Source: an uncultured Alphaproteobacteria bacterium (lineage in GTDB: Bacteria; Pseudomonadota; Alphaproteobacteria; Rhizobiales; Aestuariivirgaceae). Taken from it: a DNA stretch of 64,000 nt. The stretch lies in NCBI GenBank assembly GCA_963770075.1, contig CAVYOQ010000070.1, forward strand, positions 1 to 64,000, in the 5' to 3' direction. The stretch's first letter is position 1, and each line of letters starts with the position of its first letter. Shown one piece after another: positions 63,031 through 64,000 of this stretch. Below the pieces are notes generated by a model, which saw only the letters and a list, made by a program, of their open reading frames with translations, searched no databases and was not told where the DNA came from. Position numbers and translations under genes: made by a program.

Positions 63031-64000
63031 ATGCTCGAACCCATTGCCGCAATCGATGACGAGCTGGTCGACGGCTGTTGGAAGGGCGTGCCCGGCACGC
63101 GCGGCCGCTTGCGCCTTGGAGATATCGGCAAGCAAGGCTGGAACCTGCTGGCTGGCGATCTGCCGCTGCCGGTGGCGGTCATCCGCGCCGACGTGATGGC
63201 CGCCAACAGCCGCTGGATGGCTGACTTCCTCAAGGCGACGGGCGCGGTGATCGCACCGCACGGCAAGACCACGATGAGCCCGCAACTCTTCCGCCGCCAG
63301 ATCGCCGACGGGGCCTGGGCCATCACCGTGGCAACCGTCCAGCAGCTCTGCGTCGCGCGCCGGTTTGGTATCGGCCGTGTGATCCTTGCCAACCAGGTCG
63401 CAGGACGCGAGGCGGCGCGCATGCTCGTGGCCGAGCTTGCCGCCGATGACGGATTCGATTTCTATATGCTCGTCGACTCGGTGGAAGGAGTTGACACCAT
63501 TGCCGCCGAGGCCCGCCGCGCCGGTCTCGTGCGTCCGGTCAACCTGCTGCTCGAAGGCGGCATGCAGGGCGGGCGCACCGGTTGCCGCGATGTCGAAGGC
63601 GCGCTGAAGGTGGCGCGTGCGATTGCCGCTGCCTCGCCTTGGGTCGCCCTGCGCGGCGTTGAGGGTTTTGAGGGCCTGGCGCGGGGCGCGACGGAGAAGG
63701 AGCGGCTGGATGTGGTCGAGCGCTTCCTCGATCATCTGTGCGCCATCGCCTCGGCTTGCCAGAAAGAGGCGCTTTTCGCGCCCGGCCCGGTCATTCTCAC
63801 CGCCGGCGGCTCTTCCTTTTACGACCTCGTGGTGGAACGCTTTGCTTCGGCCGATATCGACAATGCGATGATCGTGACGCGCAGTGGCTGCTACCTCACG
63901 CACGATGCGGCCATGTATCGCGAGGCCTTTGCCGGCGTGAGGGAGCGCTCGGCAGCGGCGCGAGGCATCGCGGGCGGACTGGCGCCGGCGCTCGAAGTGT
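63031..64000 (+). CDS. Alanine-racemase-N-domain protein (D-serine dehydratase-like / D-threonine aldolase family); 3' end outside the window
   Basis: The ATG at 63031 opens a frame with no stop to the window end. It carries a conserved PLP-binding Lys (…AVIAPHGKTTMSP…) and a TIM-barrel pattern. It is absent from the supplied track because it has no stop inside the window. Confidence 0.6.
   Translation, partial: MLEPIAAIDDELVDGCWKGVPGTRGRLRLGDIGKQGWNLLAGDLPLPVAVIRADVMAANSRWMADFLKATGAVIAPHGKTTMSPQLFRRQIADGAWAITVATVQQLCVARRFGIGRVILANQVAGREAARMLVAELAADDGFDFYMLVDSVEGVDTIAAEARRAGLVRPVNLLLEGGMQGGRTGCRDVEGALKVARAIAAASPWVALRGVEGFEGLARGATEKERLDVVERFLDHLCAIASACQKEALFAPGPVILTAGGSSFYDLVVERFASADIDNAMIVTRSGCYLTHDAAMYREAFAGVRERSAAARGIAGGLAPALEV

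Overview
High-GC (about 65-70%) chromosomal segment with alphaproteobacterial, Rhizobiales-like gene content and gene order. There are no mobile-element genes, rRNA, tRNA or CRISPR arrays.

The first half is housekeeping. It contains a grpE 3' end, a flotillin plus C-terminal-J-domain protein pair, and dnaK-dnaJ behind an RpoH-type heat-shock promoter. It continues through dapB, gpmA, an Ada-like methyltransferase, nth, coaBC-dut-moeB, ubiE-ubiB, mutM and the origin-proximal block rpsT-dnaA-dnaN-recF-gyrB. It ends with a class A penicillin-binding protein (PBP), phaZ, senC/regB-regA, a FecR protein plus CHASE2 adenylate cyclase, and mmcB.

The second half (about 41-60 kb) is an aromatic-catabolism island on the minus strand. 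It carries boxABC with the divergent regulator boxR, an alpha/beta hydrolase, an aryl-CoA ligase and a Liv-type ABC importer. It also carries gentisate 1,2-dioxygenase, 3-hydroxybenzoate 6-hydroxylase, a stand-alone FAD monooxygenase next to a hotdog thioesterase (a candidate CoA-dependent salicylate-to-gentisate module), and a pcaL-like enol-lactonase/decarboxylase fusion.

Non-coding features not explained by the genes:
- A family of 90-130 bp nested palindromic REP-like elements built around a GGGCTTG-loop hairpin with covarying stems, found at gene 3' ends (4 full or partial copies plus fragments).
- A roughly 260 bp MITE-like or structured element with 29-bp terminal inverted repeats and two internal inverted-repeat pairs, sitting between the 3-hydroxybenzoate hydroxylase and gentisate dioxygenase genes. 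A solo terminal arm of it lies upstream of regB.
- A perfect CtrA-type TTAA-N7-TTAAC box upstream of the PBP gene.
- Large perfect palindromes between dnaN and recF.
- An apparent +1 frameshift in mmcB.

Many long ORFs in the six-frame track are GC-driven antisense artefacts and were rejected.
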